This document shows, one piece after another, positions 49,111 through 63,033 of a stretch of 64,000 bases of DNA. Source of the DNA: Rhodobiaceae bacterium (GTDB taxonomy: Bacteria > Pseudomonadota > Alphaproteobacteria > Rhizobiales > Tepidamorphaceae); contig JACKJK010000007.1 of NCBI GenBank assembly GCA_020637985.1, forward strand, positions 99,112 through 163,111, given 5' to 3'. Both the position numbers and the translations under genes were made by a program. Position 1 is the stretch's first letter, and each line of letters opens with the position of its first letter. A model generated the notes under the pieces. That model ran no database searches. It was not told the DNA's origin and saw nothing but the letters and a program-made list of their open reading frames with translations.

Positions 49111-49167
49111 TCGTGCGTCGGTACGCGGACTGACCGGGACTTGAGGGACTGCGGGAACGATTGAGCG

Positions 49168-49779
49168 ATGGATGAGGCACTGAAAGACCTTGCCGGCTAC
49201 CTCGAAGGCGTCCTGCCGGGCGGCGTTTCGGCGGAACTTGCCTATGGCGAGCTGACCCTGTTGGTCACGTCCGGTGGCCTGATGAAGGTGATGCGGCTGC
49301 TGCACGACGATCCGCAGTGCCAGTTCGTGTGCATGATCGATGTCTGCGGCGTAGACTATCCCGGCCGCGAGAAACGTTTCGATGTGGTCTACCACCTGCT
49401 CAGCCCGAAGCAGAACCAGCGCATCCGGGTCAAGGTGATGACCGACGAACAGACCCCGGTGCCCAGCGTCACCGAGATATGGCCGGGGGCGGACTGGTTC
49501 GAGCGCGAGGCCTACGACATGTACGGCATCCTGTTCACCGGCCATCCCGACCTGCGGCGGCTGCTCACGGACTACGGTTTCGAGGGCTATCCGCTGCGCA
49601 AGGACTTTCCGCTCACCGGCTATGTCGAGGTGCGCTACGACGACGAGGCCAAGCGCGTCGTCTACGAACCGGTGAAGCTCAACCAGGAATTCCGGAACTT
49701 CGACTTCCTGTCGCCATGGGAAGGCACCGACTACGTGCTGCCGGGCGACGAGAAGGCTTCCGGCGGACCGGCGAAATAG
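49168..49779 (+). CDS. nuoC: NADH-quinone oxidoreductase subunit C
   Basis: [33 protein letters not shown]. Confidence 0.97.
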   Translation: MDEALKDLAGYLEGVLPGGVSAELAYGELTLLVTSGGLMKVMRLLHDDPQCQFVCMIDVCGVDYPGREKRFDVVYHLLSPKQNQRIRVKVMTDEQTPVPSVTEIWPGADWFEREAYDMYGILFTGHPDLRRLLTDYGFEGYPLRKDFPLTGYVEVRYDDEAKRVVYEPVKLNQEFRNFDFLSPWEGTDYVLPGDEKASGGPAK

Positions 49780-49797
49780 GGCTGCGAAAGGCGACAG

Positions 49798-50988
49798 ATG
49801 TCCGAGCACGACGTCCGCAATTTCACGATCAACTTCGGCCCGCAGCACCCGGCCGCGCACGGTGTGCTGCGCCTGGTGCTGGAACTCGACGGCGAGGTGG
49901 TCGAGCGCGTCGACCCGCACGTCGGGCTGCTGCATCGCGGCACCGAGAAGCTGATCGAGTACAAGACCTACTTGCAGGCGGTGCCGTATTTCGACCGGCT
50001 CGACTATGTCGCGCCGATGAACCAGGAGCACGCCTTCGCGCTGGCGGTGGAAAAGCTGCTCGGCGTCGAGGTGCCCATCCGCGGCCAGCTCATTCGCGTT
50101 CTCTACTCGGAGATCGGGCGCATCCTGTCGCACCTGCTCAACGTCACCACGCAGGCGATGGACGTCGGCGCGCTGACGCCGCCGCTGTGGGGCTTCGAGG
50201 AACGCGAGAAGCTGATGATCTTCTACGAGCGCGCCTGCGGGGCGCGCATGCATGCGGCCTACGTGCGCCCCGGCGGCGTGCACCAGGACCTGCCGCAGCA
50301 GCTGATCGAGGACATCGCGGCGTTCTGTGATCCGTTCCTGAAGGTCTGCGACGATCTCGAAGGTCTCTTGACCGACAACCGCATCTTCAAGCAGCGCAAT
50401 GTCGATATCGCCACGGTGAAGCTTGAGGACGCCTGGGCGTGGGGCTTTTCCGGCGTCATGGTGCGCGGCTCGGGCGCGCCGTGGGATCTGCGCAAGAGCC
50501 AGCCCTACGAATGCTACGCCGACATGGAGTTCGACATCCCGATCGGCAAGAACGGCGACTGCTACGACCGTTACCTGATCCGCATGGAGGAGATGCGACA
50601 GTCGGTCCGCATCATGCGCCAGTGCATCGAGCGGCTGCTGTCGACAAGCGGGGCAGGGCCGGTTTCCTCCATCGACGGCAAGATCGTGCCGCCCAAGCGC
50701 GGCGAGATGAAGCGGTCGATGGAAGCGCTGATCCATCATTTCAAGCTCTATACCGAGGGCTACCACGTGCCGGAGGGCGAGGCTTATGCCGCCGTCGAGG
50801 CGCCGAAGGGCGAATTCGGCGTCTATCTCGTCTCCGACGGCACCAACAAGCCCTACCGCTGCAAGATTCGCGCGCCCGGTTTCGCACATATCCAGGCAAT
50901 GGACTTCCTGTGCCGCGGCCACATGCTGGCGGACGTGTCCGCCGTCATCGGTTCGCTTGACATCGTGTTCGGGGAGATCGACCGGTGA
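49798..50988 (+). CDS. nuoD: NADH-quinone oxidoreductase subunit D
   Basis: [38 protein letters not shown]. Confidence 0.98.
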   Translation: MSEHDVRNFTINFGPQHPAAHGVLRLVLELDGEVVERVDPHVGLLHRGTEKLIEYKTYLQAVPYFDRLDYVAPMNQEHAFALAVEKLLGVEVPIRGQLIRVLYSEIGRILSHLLNVTTQAMDVGALTPPLWGFEEREKLMIFYERACGARMHAAYVRPGGVHQDLPQQLIEDIAAFCDPFLKVCDDLEGLLTDNRIFKQRNVDIATVKLEDAWAWGFSGVMVRGSGAPWDLRKSQPYECYADMEFDIPIGKNGDCYDRYLIRMEEMRQSVRIMRQCIERLLSTSGAGPVSSIDGKIVPPKRGEMKRSMEALIHHFKLYTEGYHVPEGEAYAAVEAPKGEFGVYLVSDGTNKPYRCKIRAPGFAHIQAMDFLCRGHMLADVSAVIGSLDIVFGEIDR

Positions 50989-51554
50989 GGATGCTGCAGC
51001 TTTCCTGCCTTGCCCTGCTGATCGGCATGCTGGCTCTGACCTGGACGTTCGGCGCGCCGGTGTGGCTGTCTGGGCTGCTGGCATTCGCCGTGGTAGCGCT
51101 GCTGGCCGGTCTCGAAATCCGCCACTACCGCAGGACCGGCGAGGCCTGCGGCGCATGCGTGCGCGGCTCGGGCGTTGCTGCATCGATGCTCGTCGCCGGC
51201 GCCTTGGTGTTTTCCGCGGCGCCGGGCCATGCCCTGCCGGCCACCGACCTTTCGCCTAAGGGGTGCGCGCTGATGCCGGTGGACTGCGAGCTGCTGATCG
51301 AGAATTCGGTCATGTACAACGCGGTCTATGACGGTACGAGCACGATGTATTCGCTGCCGAAACGGTCGATACGCTACCGCCTGGCGCGCTGGCTGCACGC
51401 CTATGTCTACGACCTGAAAAGCTGCGAAAAGCCGAAGGAAAAAGTGCGTCAGATCATCGGCGGCATCGAGTCCTTCGACCAAACCTACGACATCCTGGCG
51501 CCGATTCACGCGGTGCCGGGGTCGGTGTGTTACATCCGCAAAAGCGCGAGCTGA
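50985..51554 (+). CDS. Hypothetical membrane protein inserted between nuoD and nuoE
   Basis: 189 aa. GTGA overlap with nuoD; ends 5 bp before nuoE. Three hydrophobic segments, a CGAC motif and a Cys-containing C-terminal domain. Confidence 0.75.
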   Translation: MRMLQLSCLALLIGMLALTWTFGAPVWLSGLLAFAVVALLAGLEIRHYRRTGEACGACVRGSGVAASMLVAGALVFSAAPGHALPATDLSPKGCALMPVDCELLIENSVMYNAVYDGTSTMYSLPKRSIRYRLARWLHAYVYDLKSCEKPKEKVRQIIGGIESFDQTYDILAPIHAVPGSVCYIRKSAS

Positions 51555-51559
51555 TATCC

Positions 51560-52594
51560 ATGTCCGTCCGCCGTCTGCACCACGAGCAACCTGCTAGCTT
51601 CGCCTTCACGCGCGAGAACCTCGCCTGGGCGAAGCAGCAGATTGGCAAGTATCCGAAGGGCCGCGAGGCGAGCGCGGTCATCCCGCTCTTGTGGCGCGCG
51701 CAGGAGCAGCACGAGAACTGGCTGCCGGAGCCGGCCATCCGCTACATCGCCGACATGCTGGGCATGCCCTACATCCGCGTGCTGGAAGTGGCGACCTTCT
51801 ACACGATGTTCCAGCTCGCTCCGGTGGGAAAGAAGGCGCATGTGCAGGTGTGCGGGACGACGCCGTGCATGCTGCGCGGGGCCGAGGACATCAAGGCCGT
51901 TTGCAAGCGCCGCATCGCCGAACACGCGCACGAACTTTCCGCCGACGGCGAATTCTCGTGGGAAGAGGTCGAGTGCCTCGGGGCCTGCGTCAACGCGCCG
52001 ATGGTGCAGGTGTTCTCCGACACCTACGAGGACCTGACAGCCGAGAGCTTCGAGCGGCTTCTCGATGCCTTCGCGCGCGGTGACAAGCCGCAACCGGGGC
52101 CGCAGATCGACCGGCAGTTCGCGGCCCCCTTCGGCGGCGACACGACGCTGACGACGCTTGCCGGCAAGGCAGCGGCCAAGGCGCCGGCGAAACCGGCGGC
52201 CAAACCCACAGCGAAGGCGCCGGCAAAGGCAGCCCCCGTCGCGGCCTTGGCGGCACCGGCGCTGAGTGCCGACGATGCGGCGCGTGCAGACGCCGCGGGC
52301 AAGAAGCCGCGCATGATGAAAGCCCCGCGCAAGGCGGGCGCCGACGACCTGAAGATGATCAAGGGCGTAGGCCCGAAGCTGGAAGGCGTGCTCAACGGGC
52401 TCGGCATCTTCCATTTCGACCAGATTTCGGCATGGAAGCCGGAAGAGGTTTCCTGGGTCGACGAATACCTGAAGTTCAAGGGCCGCATCGTGCGCGACGA
52501 CTGGATTGCGCAGGCGAGCACGCTCGCCGGGGGCGGCGAGACGGAATTCTCCAAGCGGGTCGCCAAGGGCGAAGTCCCGTCGAGCAAGCGGTGA
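51560..52594 (+). CDS. nuoE: NADH-quinone oxidoreductase subunit E with C-terminal extension
   Basis: [29 protein letters not shown], then an Ala/Lys/Pro linker and a [13 protein letters not shown] helix-hairpin-helix-like domain. Confidence 0.95.
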   Translation: MSVRRLHHEQPASFAFTRENLAWAKQQIGKYPKGREASAVIPLLWRAQEQHENWLPEPAIRYIADMLGMPYIRVLEVATFYTMFQLAPVGKKAHVQVCGTTPCMLRGAEDIKAVCKRRIAEHAHELSADGEFSWEEVECLGACVNAPMVQVFSDTYEDLTAESFERLLDAFARGDKPQPGPQIDRQFAAPFGGDTTLTTLAGKAAAKAPAKPAAKPTAKAPAKAAPVAALAAPALSADDAARADAAGKKPRMMKAPRKAGADDLKMIKGVGPKLEGVLNGLGIFHFDQISAWKPEEVSWVDEYLKFKGRIVRDDWIAQASTLAGGGETEFSKRVAKGEVPSSKR

Positions 52595-52608
52595 GGTAGG
52601 GACAGGTC

Positions 52609-53910
<1,302 letters not shown>

Positions 53911-53929
53911 GGGAAACGAAGGGGCATAC

Positions 53930-54505
53930 ATGATGTTCGCTTTTTCCCAGGACTGGACGAACCGCAGCCGCGACGCCGAGTGCGGGCTGTTCGGCGTCGA
54001 CGCGATGAATTCCGTGGCAGCGCTTGCCTGCCTGCCGCTGACGGCGGCCGTGACGACGACCGCGGCGATGGCGACGGGCGGATTTGCCGTGATGCTTGGC
54101 TGGCAGGCGGTCATGCTGCGCTCGCTCGAGGGCTCGCCTTTCATGTCCGCCTATGCGCATGGCGGCGGCCGGGGCAAGGCGGCGGACGTGGCGCGCCAGC
54201 CAGTCGCGGAAAAGCGCGCCGTGGAGGCGCCACAAGCGGCATTGCCAGCCAGCGACACGGTCGCGCGCCCGTCCGGGCTGGAGGCGCCGCGCGGCCAGGC
54301 CGACGACCTGAAGCGCATTTCCGGCGTCGGGCCGAAGCTGGAAATCGTGCTCAACGACCTCGGCATCTACCATTTCGACCAAATCGCCGCGTGGAGCGCG
54401 GGCGAGGTGGAGTGGATCGACGACTACCTGAAGTTCAAGGGCCGCATCGAGCGCGACAAGTGGATCGCGCAGGCGAGGCGGCTGATGGAAAGCGTGACGG
54501 AATAG
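53930..54505 (+). CDS. Hypothetical protein with a copy of the NuoE C-terminal HhH-like domain
   Basis: ADDLKRISGVGPKLE.VLN.LGI.HFDQI.AW...[15 protein letters not shown]. Between nuoF and nuoG. Confidence 0.8.
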   Translation: MMFAFSQDWTNRSRDAECGLFGVDAMNSVAALACLPLTAAVTTTAAMATGGFAVMLGWQAVMLRSLEGSPFMSAYAHGGGRGKAADVARQPVAEKRAVEAPQAALPASDTVARPSGLEAPRGQADDLKRISGVGPKLEIVLNDLGIYHFDQIAAWSAGEVEWIDDYLKFKGRIERDKWIAQARRLMESVTE

Positions 54506-54564
54506 GATTGACGCGGGCAGTGCGGCTGCCGGCGCACAAGTAGACCTGAACGGGAAAGGCATCG

Positions 54565-56655
54565 ATGGCCAAGCTGATCGTTGACGGGACGGAGATCGAA
54601 GTCCCCGCGGAGCTGACGCTGCTGCAGGCGTGCGAGGAAGCCGGCGCGGAAATCCCGCGTTTCTGCTACCACGACCGGCTGTCGATCGCCGGCAACTGCC
54701 GCATGTGCCTGGTCGAGGTGAAGGGCGCGCCGAAGCCCGTCGCTTCGTGCGCGCAAGCCGTGCGTGACCTGCGTCCCGGCCCCAACGGCGAGCCGCCGGA
54801 AGTGCTGACGAAGAGCCCGCTTGCGAAGAAGGCGCGCGAAGGCGTGATGGAGTTCCTGCTCATCAACCACCCGCTCGACTGCCCGATCTGCGACCAGGGC
54901 GGGGAATGCGACCTGCAGGACCAGGCGATGGCCTATGGCGTCGATACCTCGCGCTACTCGGAAAACAAGCGCGCAGTGGAAGACAAGTACATCGGCCCGC
55001 TGGTGAAGACGATCATGACGCGATGCATCCATTGCACGCGCTGCATCCGCTTCATCACGGAGGTGGCCGGGTGTTCCGACCTCGGCGCCATCGGGCGTGG
55101 CGAGGACATGGAGATCACCACGTATCTTGAAAGCGCGATGCGCTCGGAGATGCAGGGCAACGTGATCGACCTGTGCCCGGTCGGCGCGCTGACCTCGCGA
55201 CCCTATGCGTTCACCGCGCGGCCGTGGGAACTGACGAAGACGGAATCCATCGACGTGATGGACGCGCTGGGCAGCAACATCCGGGTCGACGCGCGCGGGC
55301 GCGAAGTGATGCGCATCATGCCGCGCGTCAACGACGACGTGAACGAGGAATGGATTTCCGACAAGAGCCGCTTCATCTGGGACGGCCTGAAGACGCAGCG
55401 CCTCGACCGCCCCTACGTGCGCGAGGACGGCAAGCTGCGGCCTGCAAGCTGGCAGGAAGCTTTCGGTGCGATCGCGGACAAGGTGAAGGCTGCGGCGCCC
55501 GGGCGCATCGGCGCGATCGCCGGCGATCTTGCCGCGTGCGAGGACATGTTCGCGCTCAAGGACCTGATGGGCAAGCTCGGCAGCGCCAACATCGACTGCC
55601 GTCAGGACGGTTCGCCGTTCGATCCCGCGCAGGGGCGCGGTTCCTACCTGTTCAACGCGACGCTGGCCGGCGTCGAGGAGGCGGATGCGATCCTGCTGGT
55701 CGGCGCGTGGCCGCGCTGGGACGCGACGGTTCTGAACGCGCGCATCCGCAAGCATTGGCTGGCGAGCGGCGTGCCGATCGGGCTGATCGGGGCGGACAAT
55801 CCCGACTTGGCATACGACTACGACTACCTTGGCGCAGGCGCGGACACGCTCGGCGAGCTGGCCGAGGGCAAGGGCGCGTTCGCCAAGGTGCTGAAGAAGG
55901 CGAAGACGCCGCTGATCATCGTCGGCCCCGGCGCCTATGCGCGCGACGACGGCGCGGCGGTGCTGGCGCTGGCGGCGAAGGTCGCGGAAGGCTGCGGCGC
56001 GGTGAGCGGAGACTGGAACGGCTTTTGCGTGCTGCACACGGCGGCAGCGCGCGCCGGCGGGCTCGATCTCGGCCTCGTGCCGGGCAGCGGCGGCCTCGAT
56101 GTCGCCGGCATGCTGAAGCCGGCTGCGCTCGACGTGCTGTTCCTGCTGGGCGCCGACGAAGTTGCCATCCCGCAAGGGCACGGTGCGTTCGTCGTCTACA
56201 TCGGCACGCATGGCGACCGTGGCGCGCATGGCGCCGACGTGATCCTGCCGGGCGCTGCGTACACGGAGAAGTCCGGCACCTACGTCAACACGGAAGGCCG
56301 CGTGCAGGTCGCCAACCGGGCGACGTTCCCGCCCGGCGACGCACGCGAGGACTGGGCGATCCTGCGGGCGCTGAGCGATCCGCTTGGACAGCGCCTGCCT
56401 TACGATTCGCTTGCCGCCCTGCGTGCTGCCATGCGTGATGCTCATCCGCATCTTACCGAGACGGACGCCGCGCCGGCGGCGGAGGCAGGCGGCGTCGCCG
56501 CGCTCGCCAAGGGCAAGGGCAAGGCGAAGGCCGCAGCGTTCGCGCGCGGCACGGACTACTACCTCACGAACCCGATCTGCCGGGCAAGCCGGGTCATGGG
56601 TGAACTGGCGGCACTGGCCGCAAGCGGGCAGGGGGCGACGGGCACCGATGGCTGA
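54565..56655 (+). CDS. nuoG: NADH-quinone oxidoreductase subunit G
   Basis: [42 protein letters not shown]. Confidence 0.98.
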   Translation: MAKLIVDGTEIEVPAELTLLQACEEAGAEIPRFCYHDRLSIAGNCRMCLVEVKGAPKPVASCAQAVRDLRPGPNGEPPEVLTKSPLAKKAREGVMEFLLINHPLDCPICDQGGECDLQDQAMAYGVDTSRYSENKRAVEDKYIGPLVKTIMTRCIHCTRCIRFITEVAGCSDLGAIGRGEDMEITTYLESAMRSEMQGNVIDLCPVGALTSRPYAFTARPWELTKTESIDVMDALGSNIRVDARGREVMRIMPRVNDDVNEEWISDKSRFIWDGLKTQRLDRPYVREDGKLRPASWQEAFGAIADKVKAAAPGRIGAIAGDLAACEDMFALKDLMGKLGSANIDCRQDGSPFDPAQGRGSYLFNATLAGVEEADAILLVGAWPRWDATVLNARIRKHWLASGVPIGLIGADNPDLAYDYDYLGAGADTLGELAEGKGAFAKVLKKAKTPLIIVGPGAYARDDGAAVLALAAKVAEGCGAVSGDWNGFCVLHTAAARAGGLDLGLVPGSGGLDVAGMLKPAALDVLFLLGADEVAIPQGHGAFVVYIGTHGDRGAHGADVILPGAAYTEKSGTYVNTEGRVQVANRATFPPGDAREDWAILRALSDPLGQRLPYDSLAALRAAMRDAHPHLTETDAAPAAEAGGVAALAKGKGKAKAAAFARGTDYYLTNPICRASRVMGELAALAASGQGATGTDG

Positions 56656-57697
56656 ATTCTGGACCGACTATGGCTGGCCGGCGACGGTGATGGTGGCGCA
56701 GAGCGTCGCGCTTCTCGTGGGGCTTCTCGTGCTGATCGCCTACCTGCTGCTGGCTGACCGCAAGGTGTGGGCGGCGGTGCAGCTGCGCCGCGGGCCCAAC
56801 GTGGTCGGCGCCTTCGGGCTGCTGCAGTCGTTCGCCGACCTGCTGAAGTTCGTGCTCAAGGAGCCGGTCGTGCCGGCGAGCTCGAACAAGGGTGTGTTCC
56901 TGCTGGCACCGCTGGTGAGCTGCATCCTGGCGCTGGCGGCATGGGCCGTGGTGCCGATCGCCGATGGCTGGGTGATCGCCGACATCAACGTCGGCATCCT
57001 GTACATCTTCGCGATATCGTCGCTCGGGGTCTACGGCATCATCATGGGCGGCTGGGCGTCGAACTCGAAGTATCCGTTCCTGGGGGCGCTGCGCTCGGCG
57101 GCGCAGATGGTGTCCTACGAGGTCTCCATCGGTTTCGTCATCATCACGGTGCTGCTGTGCGTCGGCTCGCTCAACTTGAGCGAGATCGTCAATGCGCAAC
57201 AGACCGGGCTTGCCGACAAGATCGGCCTGCCGTGGCTGACCTTCCTGAACTGGTTCTGGCTGCCGCTGCTGCCAATGTTCGGGATCTTCTTCATCTCGGC
57301 GCTTGCCGAGACCAACCGGCCGCCGTTCGATTTGCCTGAGGCAGAATCCGAGCTCGTCGCCGGCTTCATGGTCGAATATGCCTCGACGCCCTATCTGCTG
57401 TTCATGCTGGGCGAGTACGTGGCGATCACGACCATGTGCGCGATGATGACCATCCTGTTCATGGGCGGGTGGCTGCCGCCGCTCGACATCGCGCCGTTCA
57501 ACTGGGTGCCGGGCATCTTCTGGTTCGTGTTCAAGGTGTGCCTGGCGTTCTTCATGTTCGCCATGGTCAAGGCGATGGTGCCGCGCTACCGCTACGACCA
57601 GCTGATGCGGCTGGGCTGGAAGGTGTTCCTGCCGCTGTCGCTGGCGATGGTCGTGATCGTGGCCGCCGTGCTGCAGCTGACCGGGTGGGCGGCATGA
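56648..57697 (+). CDS. nuoH: NADH-quinone oxidoreductase subunit H
   Basis: [43 protein letters not shown]. Confidence 0.97.
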   Translation: MAEFWTDYGWPATVMVAQSVALLVGLLVLIAYLLLADRKVWAAVQLRRGPNVVGAFGLLQSFADLLKFVLKEPVVPASSNKGVFLLAPLVSCILALAAWAVVPIADGWVIADINVGILYIFAISSLGVYGIIMGGWASNSKYPFLGALRSAAQMVSYEVSIGFVIITVLLCVGSLNLSEIVNAQQTGLADKIGLPWLTFLNWFWLPLLPMFGIFFISALAETNRPPFDLPEAESELVAGFMVEYASTPYLLFMLGEYVAITTMCAMMTILFMGGWLPPLDIAPFNWVPGIFWFVFKVCLAFFMFAMVKAMVPRYRYDQLMRLGWKVFLPLSLAMVVIVAAVLQLTGWAA

Positions 57698-57891
57698 GTG
57701 CAGGTCTTGTCGGGGGCCTTTTCGGGCTCATGATCGGGCTTGTGGATTACGTCGTTTTCGGACTGTTGATCCGGAAACTCGAAACGAGCAGGGCCCAGGC
57801 CGTGGCGGCCAAGGCGCTGAACATCGCGCGGATTGCGCAGCTGATCGCGTTTCCCGCGGTCGGGTACTGGATCGGAGCGACGCTGTTCTAG
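57694..57891 (+). CDS. Small 2-TM hypothetical protein (65 aa) between nuoH and nuoI
   Basis: ATGA overlap with nuo[29 protein letters not shown]...[16 protein letters not shown]. Confidence 0.7.
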   Translation: MSAGLVGGLFGLMIGLVDYVVFGLLIRKLETSRAQAVAAKALNIARIAQLIAFPAVGYWIGATLF

Positions 57892-57926
57892 GCCGTTTGG
57901 CCGTCGGCGTCAGGTGGAGTTGAGGC

Positions 57927-58418
57927 ATGGCAAGACTGGACCAGGCAGCCAGGTCGATTTTCCTGAAGGAATTCGTGTCGGCGTTTTTCCTTGCGATGCG
58001 CTATTTCTTCAAGCCGAAGGCGACCATCAACTATCCCTTCGAGAAGGGGCCGATATCCCCGCGCTTTCGCGGCGAGCATGCGCTGCGCCGCTATCCAAAC
58101 GGCGAGGAGCGCTGCATCGCGTGCAAGCTGTGCGAGGCGATCTGCCCGGCGCAGGCGATCACCATCGAGGCCGGTCCGCGGCGCAACGACGGCACCCGGC
58201 GCACGACACGCTACGACATCGACATGGTGAAGTGCATCTATTGCGGCTTCTGCCAGGAAGCCTGCCCGGTCGATGCCATCGTCGAGGGGCCGAACTTCGA
58301 GTTCGCGACGGAGACGCGCGAGGAACTGTTCTACGACAAGGACCGGCTGCTCGCGAACGGGGACCGCTGGGAGCGGGAAATCGCGGCGCGGATCGAACTG
58401 GATTCGCCCTACCGCTAG
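57927..58418 (+). CDS. nuoI: NADH-quinone oxidoreductase subunit I
   Basis: Two 4Fe-4S motifs: [12 protein letters not shown] and [12 protein letters not shown]. Confidence 0.98.
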   Translation: MARLDQAARSIFLKEFVSAFFLAMRYFFKPKATINYPFEKGPISPRFRGEHALRRYPNGEERCIACKLCEAICPAQAITIEAGPRRNDGTRRTTRYDIDMVKCIYCGFCQEACPVDAIVEGPNFEFATETREELFYDKDRLLANGDRWEREIAARIELDSPYR

Positions 58419-58601
58419 GCGGGGCATGCGCGGCATCTGCCGCGGCGGCGCAAGCCGCGAAGGACTATCGGGTTCCGCCGCACGCGAGTGGCAGGCGGGG
58501 CAGGGGATAACACCACGCGCACACCCGGCATGGGGGGCGCATCAGTGACCGGAAAGAGGCCGTGGCGGGAACCGCCGGCGGCCGATCGGGGGCAAGGCGA
58601 A

Positions 58602-59210
58602 ATGGGTCTGGCAGCGGCATTCTTCTATCTCTTCGCCGGCGTGCTGATCGCGTCGGCGTTCATGGTGATTGCCGCGCGCAATCCGGTTCATTCGGTGCTG
58701 TGGCTGATCCTGGCCTTCTTCAACGCTGCTGGGCTGTTCCTGCTGCTGGGGGCGGAATTCCTGGCGATGATCCTCGTCGTCGTCTACGTCGGCGCGGTGG
58801 CGGTGCTGTTCCTGTTCGTCGTCATGATGCTCGACATCGATTTCGCCGAACTGCGGCAGGGCTTCCTGGAATACGTGCCGATCGGCGCGGTGATTGGGGC
58901 GATCTTCCTGGTCGAACTGCTGCTGGTGGTGACCACCTGGATCTTCTCGCCGGAAGCGGCGGCGCAGGCGCAGGTTCCCATCCCCGGCGACATGTCGAAC
59001 GTGGCGGCGATCGGGCAGGTGCTCTACACGAAATACATCCTGTTCTTCCAGCTTTCGGGGATGGTGCTGCTGGTCGCCATGATCGGCGCCATCGTGCTGA
59101 CGCTTCGCCACAAGGCGGGCGTCAAGCGGCAGGACATCTCGGTGCAGGTTGCGCGCAATCCGGCGACCGCGATCGAGGTGCGCAAGGTCGAAAGCGGCAA
59201 GGGCATCTGA
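58602..59210 (+). CDS. nuoJ: NADH-quinone oxidoreductase subunit J
   Basis: [33 protein letters not shown]. Confidence 0.96.
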   Translation: MGLAAAFFYLFAGVLIASAFMVIAARNPVHSVLWLILAFFNAAGLFLLLGAEFLAMILVVVYVGAVAVLFLFVVMMLDIDFAELRQGFLEYVPIGAVIGAIFLVELLLVVTTWIFSPEAAAQAQVPIPGDMSNVAAIGQVLYTKYILFFQLSGMVLLVAMIGAIVLTLRHKAGVKRQDISVQVARNPATAIEVRKVESGKGI

Positions 59211-59226
59211 GGCAACGGGTGGAAAA

Positions 59227-59535
59227 ATGACAATCGGGCTTGGCCACTATCTGTCGGTTGCCGCGGCGCTGTTCACGCTGGGCGTTCTCGGCATCTTCAT
59301 CAACCGCAAGAACATCATCGTCATCCTGATGTCGGTGGAACTGATCCTGCTGTCGGTGAACATCAACTTCGTGGCGTTTTCCTCGTTCCTGAACGACCTC
59401 GTCGGCCAGGTGTTCGCCATGCTGATCCTGACGGTGGCCGCCGCAGAGGCTGCCATCGGGCTGGCCATTCTCGTCGCCTTCTTCCGCAACCGCGGGTCGA
59501 TCGCGGTCGAAGACGTCAACATGATGAAGGGGTGA
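59227..59535 (+). CDS. nuoK: NADH-quinone oxidoreductase subunit K
   Basis: [21 protein letters not shown]. Confidence 0.96.
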   Translation: MTIGLGHYLSVAAALFTLGVLGIFINRKNIIVILMSVELILLSVNINFVAFSSFLNDLVGQVFAMLILTVAAAEAAIGLAILVAFFRNRGSIAVEDVNMMKG

Positions 59536-59545
59536 GGGCGCCGGC

Positions 59546-61486
59546 ATGCTGACTGCAATCGTATTCCTGCCGCTGCTCGGCTGCCTCGTCGCGGGCCTGC
59601 TGGGACGGGTTGTCGGGCACCGCGGCGCGGAGGTCATCACCTCGACGTTTCTGGTGATCGCGGCGGCGCTGTCGTGGATCGTCTTCATGCAGGTCGGCCT
59701 GGGCGAGAAGGTGCACCATCCCGCGATCGTACTGTTTCCGTGGATCGAATCCGGCACGCTCGACGTGCAGTGGTCGCTCAGGCTCGACACGCTGACGGCG
59801 GTCATGCTCGTCGTGGTGACGACTGTGTCCTCGCTCGTGCACGTCTACTCGATCGGCTACATGCACCACGATCCGCACCGCGCGCGGTTCTTCGCCTACC
59901 TGTCGCTGTTCACCTTCGCGATGCTGATGCTGGTGACGGCGGACAATCTGGTGCAGCTGTTCTTCGGCTGGGAGGGCGTGGGTCTCGCCTCCTACCTGCT
60001 GATCGGCTTCTGGTACAAGAAGCCGTCGGCGAACGCGGCGGCCATCAAGGCCTTCATTGTCAACCGCGTCGGAGATTTCGGCTTCGCGCTCGGCATCTTC
60101 GCGGTGTTCGTGATGTTCGGCACTGTGGAGTTCGACACGATCTTCGCCAATGCCGCCTCTGCGGAGCACACGACGATCCACTTCCTGTGGCGCGAATGGG
60201 ACGCGATGACGGTGATCTGCCTGCTGCTGTTCATGGGGGCGATGGGCAAGTCGGCGCAGTTCCTGCTGCATACCTGGCTGCCGGACGCCATGGAAGGTCC
60301 CACGCCGGTCTCGGCGCTGATCCATGCGGCGACCATGGTCACCGCCGGCGTCTTCATGGTGGCGCGGCTGTCGCCGCTGTTCGAGCTGTCGCACACCGCG
60401 TTGACCGTGGTCACGCTGGTGGGTGCAATTACAGCGTTCTTTGCGGCGAGCGTCGGGCTGGTGCAGAACGACATCAAGCGCGTGATCGCCTATTCGACCT
60501 GCTCGCAGCTCGGCTACATGTTCGTCGCGCTGGGCGTCGGTGCCTACGGCGTCGGCATCTTCCACCTGTTCACGCACGCCTTCTTCAAGGCCCTGCTGTT
60601 CCTGGGCGCCGGCTCGGTGATCCATGCGGTTTCCGACGAACAGGACATGCGCCGGATGGGCGGGCTGTGGCGGCTGATCCCCAAGACCTACGCGATGATG
60701 CTGATCGGCACCCTGGCGCTGACCGGGTTCCCGCTGACGGCGGGCTATTTCTCCAAGGACGCGATCGTGGAAGCCGCCTTCGCGGGCGAGAACGCGGCGG
60801 CCGGCTTTGCCTTCGCGATGACGGTGATCGCGGCGGTGTTCACGTCCTTCTATTCGTGGCGGCTGGTGTTCATGACCTTCCACGGGCGCCCGCGCGCCAG
60901 CCAGGAGACCATGAGCCACGTGCACGAATCGCCGCTTGTGATGCTGGTGCCGCTGTTCGTGCTGGCGGCCGGCGCGCTGCTGGCGGGCTTCGTATTCAAG
61001 GACTACTTCATCGGCCACGACCACGAGCACTTCTGGCATGGCGCGGTCTTCATGGCCGAGGGCAACGAGATCATGGAAGCCTTGCACCACGTGCCGGCAT
61101 GGGTCATCTACTCGCCGATGGTGGCGATGATCCTCGGCTTCGTGATGTCCTACATCTTCTACATCGCCAAGCCGTCGCTGCCGGGTTCGCTGGCGGCGCG
61201 CCACGAGCTGCTGTACCGCTTCCTGCTCAACAAGTGGTACTTCGACGAGATCTACGACGTGCTCTTCGTGCGGCCGGCGAAATGGCTCGGGCGCTTCCTG
61301 TGGAAGCGCGGCGACGGCATGGTCATCGACGGCTTCGGGCCCGATGGCATCGCGGCGCGTGTCGCCGATGTCACCGCCCGCGTCGTGCGGCTGCAGAGCG
61401 GTTACCTCTATCACTATGCGTTCGCGATGCTCATCGGCGTCGCTGCGCTCATCACCTGGTACATGTTCGCGGGGAGCGCGCACTGA
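59546..61486 (+). CDS. nuoL: NADH-quinone oxidoreductase subunit L
   Basis: [45 protein letters not shown]. Confidence 0.98.
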   Translation: MLTAIVFLPLLGCLVAGLLGRVVGHRGAEVITSTFLVIAAALSWIVFMQVGLGEKVHHPAIVLFPWIESGTLDVQWSLRLDTLTAVMLVVVTTVSSLVHVYSIGYMHHDPHRARFFAYLSLFTFAMLMLVTADNLVQLFFGWEGVGLASYLLIGFWYKKPSANAAAIKAFIVNRVGDFGFALGIFAVFVMFGTVEFDTIFANAASAEHTTIHFLWREWDAMTVICLLLFMGAMGKSAQFLLHTWLPDAMEGPTPVSALIHAATMVTAGVFMVARLSPLFELSHTALTVVTLVGAITAFFAASVGLVQNDIKRVIAYSTCSQLGYMFVALGVGAYGVGIFHLFTHAFFKALLFLGAGSVIHAVSDEQDMRRMGGLWRLIPKTYAMMLIGTLALTGFPLTAGYFSKDAIVEAAFAGENAAAGFAFAMTVIAAVFTSFYSWRLVFMTFHGRPRASQETMSHVHESPLVMLVPLFVLAAGALLAGFVFKDYFIGHDHEHFWHGAVFMAEGNEIMEALHHVPAWVIYSPMVAMILGFVMSYIFYIAKPSLPGSLAARHELLYRFLLNKWYFDEIYDVLFVRPAKWLGRFLWKRGDGMVIDGFGPDGIAARVADVTARVVRLQSGYLYHYAFAMLIGVAALITWYMFAGSAH

Positions 61487-63009
61487 TGTCCGGCTGGCCG
61501 ATCCTCTCCGTTATCACCTTCCTGCCGCTGGTTGGCGCGGTCTTCGTCGCGCTGATCCGCGGCGACGACGAGGTCGCGCGGCGCAACGCTCGGTTCGTCG
61601 CACTTTGGGCGACGCTGATCACGTTTGCGCTGTCGCTGCTGATCTGGGTCTATTTCGACCCCGCCAGCAAAGACTTCCAGTTCGTCGAGGAAATGCCCTG
61701 GCTCGGCGGCGCAATCGCCTACCGCATGGGCGTCGACGGCATCTCGATGCTGTTCGTGATCCTGACCACCTTCCTGATGCCATTCTGCATCCTGGCGAGC
61801 TGGGTCTCGGTGACGAGCCGCGTGAAGGAATACATCATCGCCTTCCTGGTGCTGGAAACGCTGATGATCGGCGTCTTCTGCGCGCTCGACCTGGTGCTGT
61901 TCTACCTGTTCTTCGAGGGGGGCCTGATCCCGATGTTCCTGATCATCGGCGTGTGGGGCGGCAAGCGGCGGGTCTACGCCAGCTACAAGTTCTTCCTCTA
62001 CACGCTGCTGGGATCGGTGCTGATGCTGGTCGCCATGATGGCGATGTACTGGGAAGCCGGCACGACGAACATCGTCGAACTGCTCGACCACGGGTTCCCA
62101 GCCGGCATGCAGACCTGGCTGTGGCTTGCGTTCTTCGCCTCGTTTGCGGTGAAGATGCCGATGTGGCCGGTGCACACCTGGCTGCCTGACGCGCACGTGG
62201 AAGCGCCGACGGCGGGATCGGTGATCCTGGCCGCCATCCTGCTGAAGATGGGCGGCTACGGCTTCCTGCGCTTCTCGCTGCCGATGTTCCCGCTTGCCTC
62301 CGACATGTTCGCGCCGCTGGTCTTTTCGCTCAGCGTGATCGCCATCATCTACACCTCGCTGGTGGCCATGATGCAGGAAGACATCAAGAAGCTGATCGCC
62401 TATTCCTCGGTCGCGCATATGGGCTTCGTGACGATGGGCATCTTCACCGGTACGATGCAGGGAATCCACGGCGGTCTGTTCCAGATGCTGTCGCACGGCA
62501 TCGTTTCGGGCGCGCTGTTCCTGTGCGTGGGCGTCGTCTACGACCGCATGCACACGCGCGAGATCGCGGCCTATGGCGGTCTGGTCAACCGGATGCCGCT
62601 CTATGCGGCGGCCTTCATGGTGTTCACCATGGCCAACGTCGGGCTGCCCGGCACGAGCGGCTTCGTCGGCGAGTTCCTGACGTTGCTTGCCGCCTTCGAG
62701 GCCAACACCTGGGTCGCCTTCTTCGCGACATTCGGCGTGATCCTGTCGGCTGGCTATGCGCTGTGGCTGTACCGGCGCGTGATCTTCGGCGAACTCGACA
62801 AGGATAGCCTGAAGGCGATCCTCGACGTCGACAGGCGAGAGATCGCGATCCTGGCGCCGCTGGTGCTGCTGACCATCCTGTTCGGCGTATATCCCGGCCC
62901 GATCCTGGATGTGACGGCGGTTTCGGTCGAGCATCTGGCGCAGGGCTATCAGGATGCACTGGCGGCGGCGCAAGCGGCCGTGCAGACGGCGGCCGTCGCG
63001 GCGCAGTGA
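61486..63009 (+). CDS. nuoM: NADH-quinone oxidoreductase subunit M
   Basis: [35 protein letters not shown]. Start MSGWP overlaps the nuoL stop. Confidence 0.97.
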   Translation: MSGWPILSVITFLPLVGAVFVALIRGDDEVARRNARFVALWATLITFALSLLIWVYFDPASKDFQFVEEMPWLGGAIAYRMGVDGISMLFVILTTFLMPFCILASWVSVTSRVKEYIIAFLVLETLMIGVFCALDLVLFYLFFEGGLIPMFLIIGVWGGKRRVYASYKFFLYTLLGSVLMLVAMMAMYWEAGTTNIVELLDHGFPAGMQTWLWLAFFASFAVKMPMWPVHTWLPDAHVEAPTAGSVILAAILLKMGGYGFLRFSLPMFPLASDMFAPLVFSLSVIAIIYTSLVAMMQEDIKKLIAYSSVAHMGFVTMGIFTGTMQGIHGGLFQMLSHGIVSGALFLCVGVVYDRMHTREIAAYGGLVNRMPLYAAAFMVFTMANVGLPGTSGFVGEFLTLLAAFEANTWVAFFATFGVILSAGYALWLYRRVIFGELDKDSLKAILDVDRREIAILAPLVLLTILFGVYPGPILDVTAVSVEHLAQGYQDALAAAQAAVQTAAVAAQ

Positions 63010-63033
63010 TTTACACGAGAACGGATCGACACG

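Noticed and set aside
59674-63009. 1111-aa ORF suggesting an extended NuoM
   Set aside because: The upstream part is an alternative frame over nuoL. NuoM starts at 61486.
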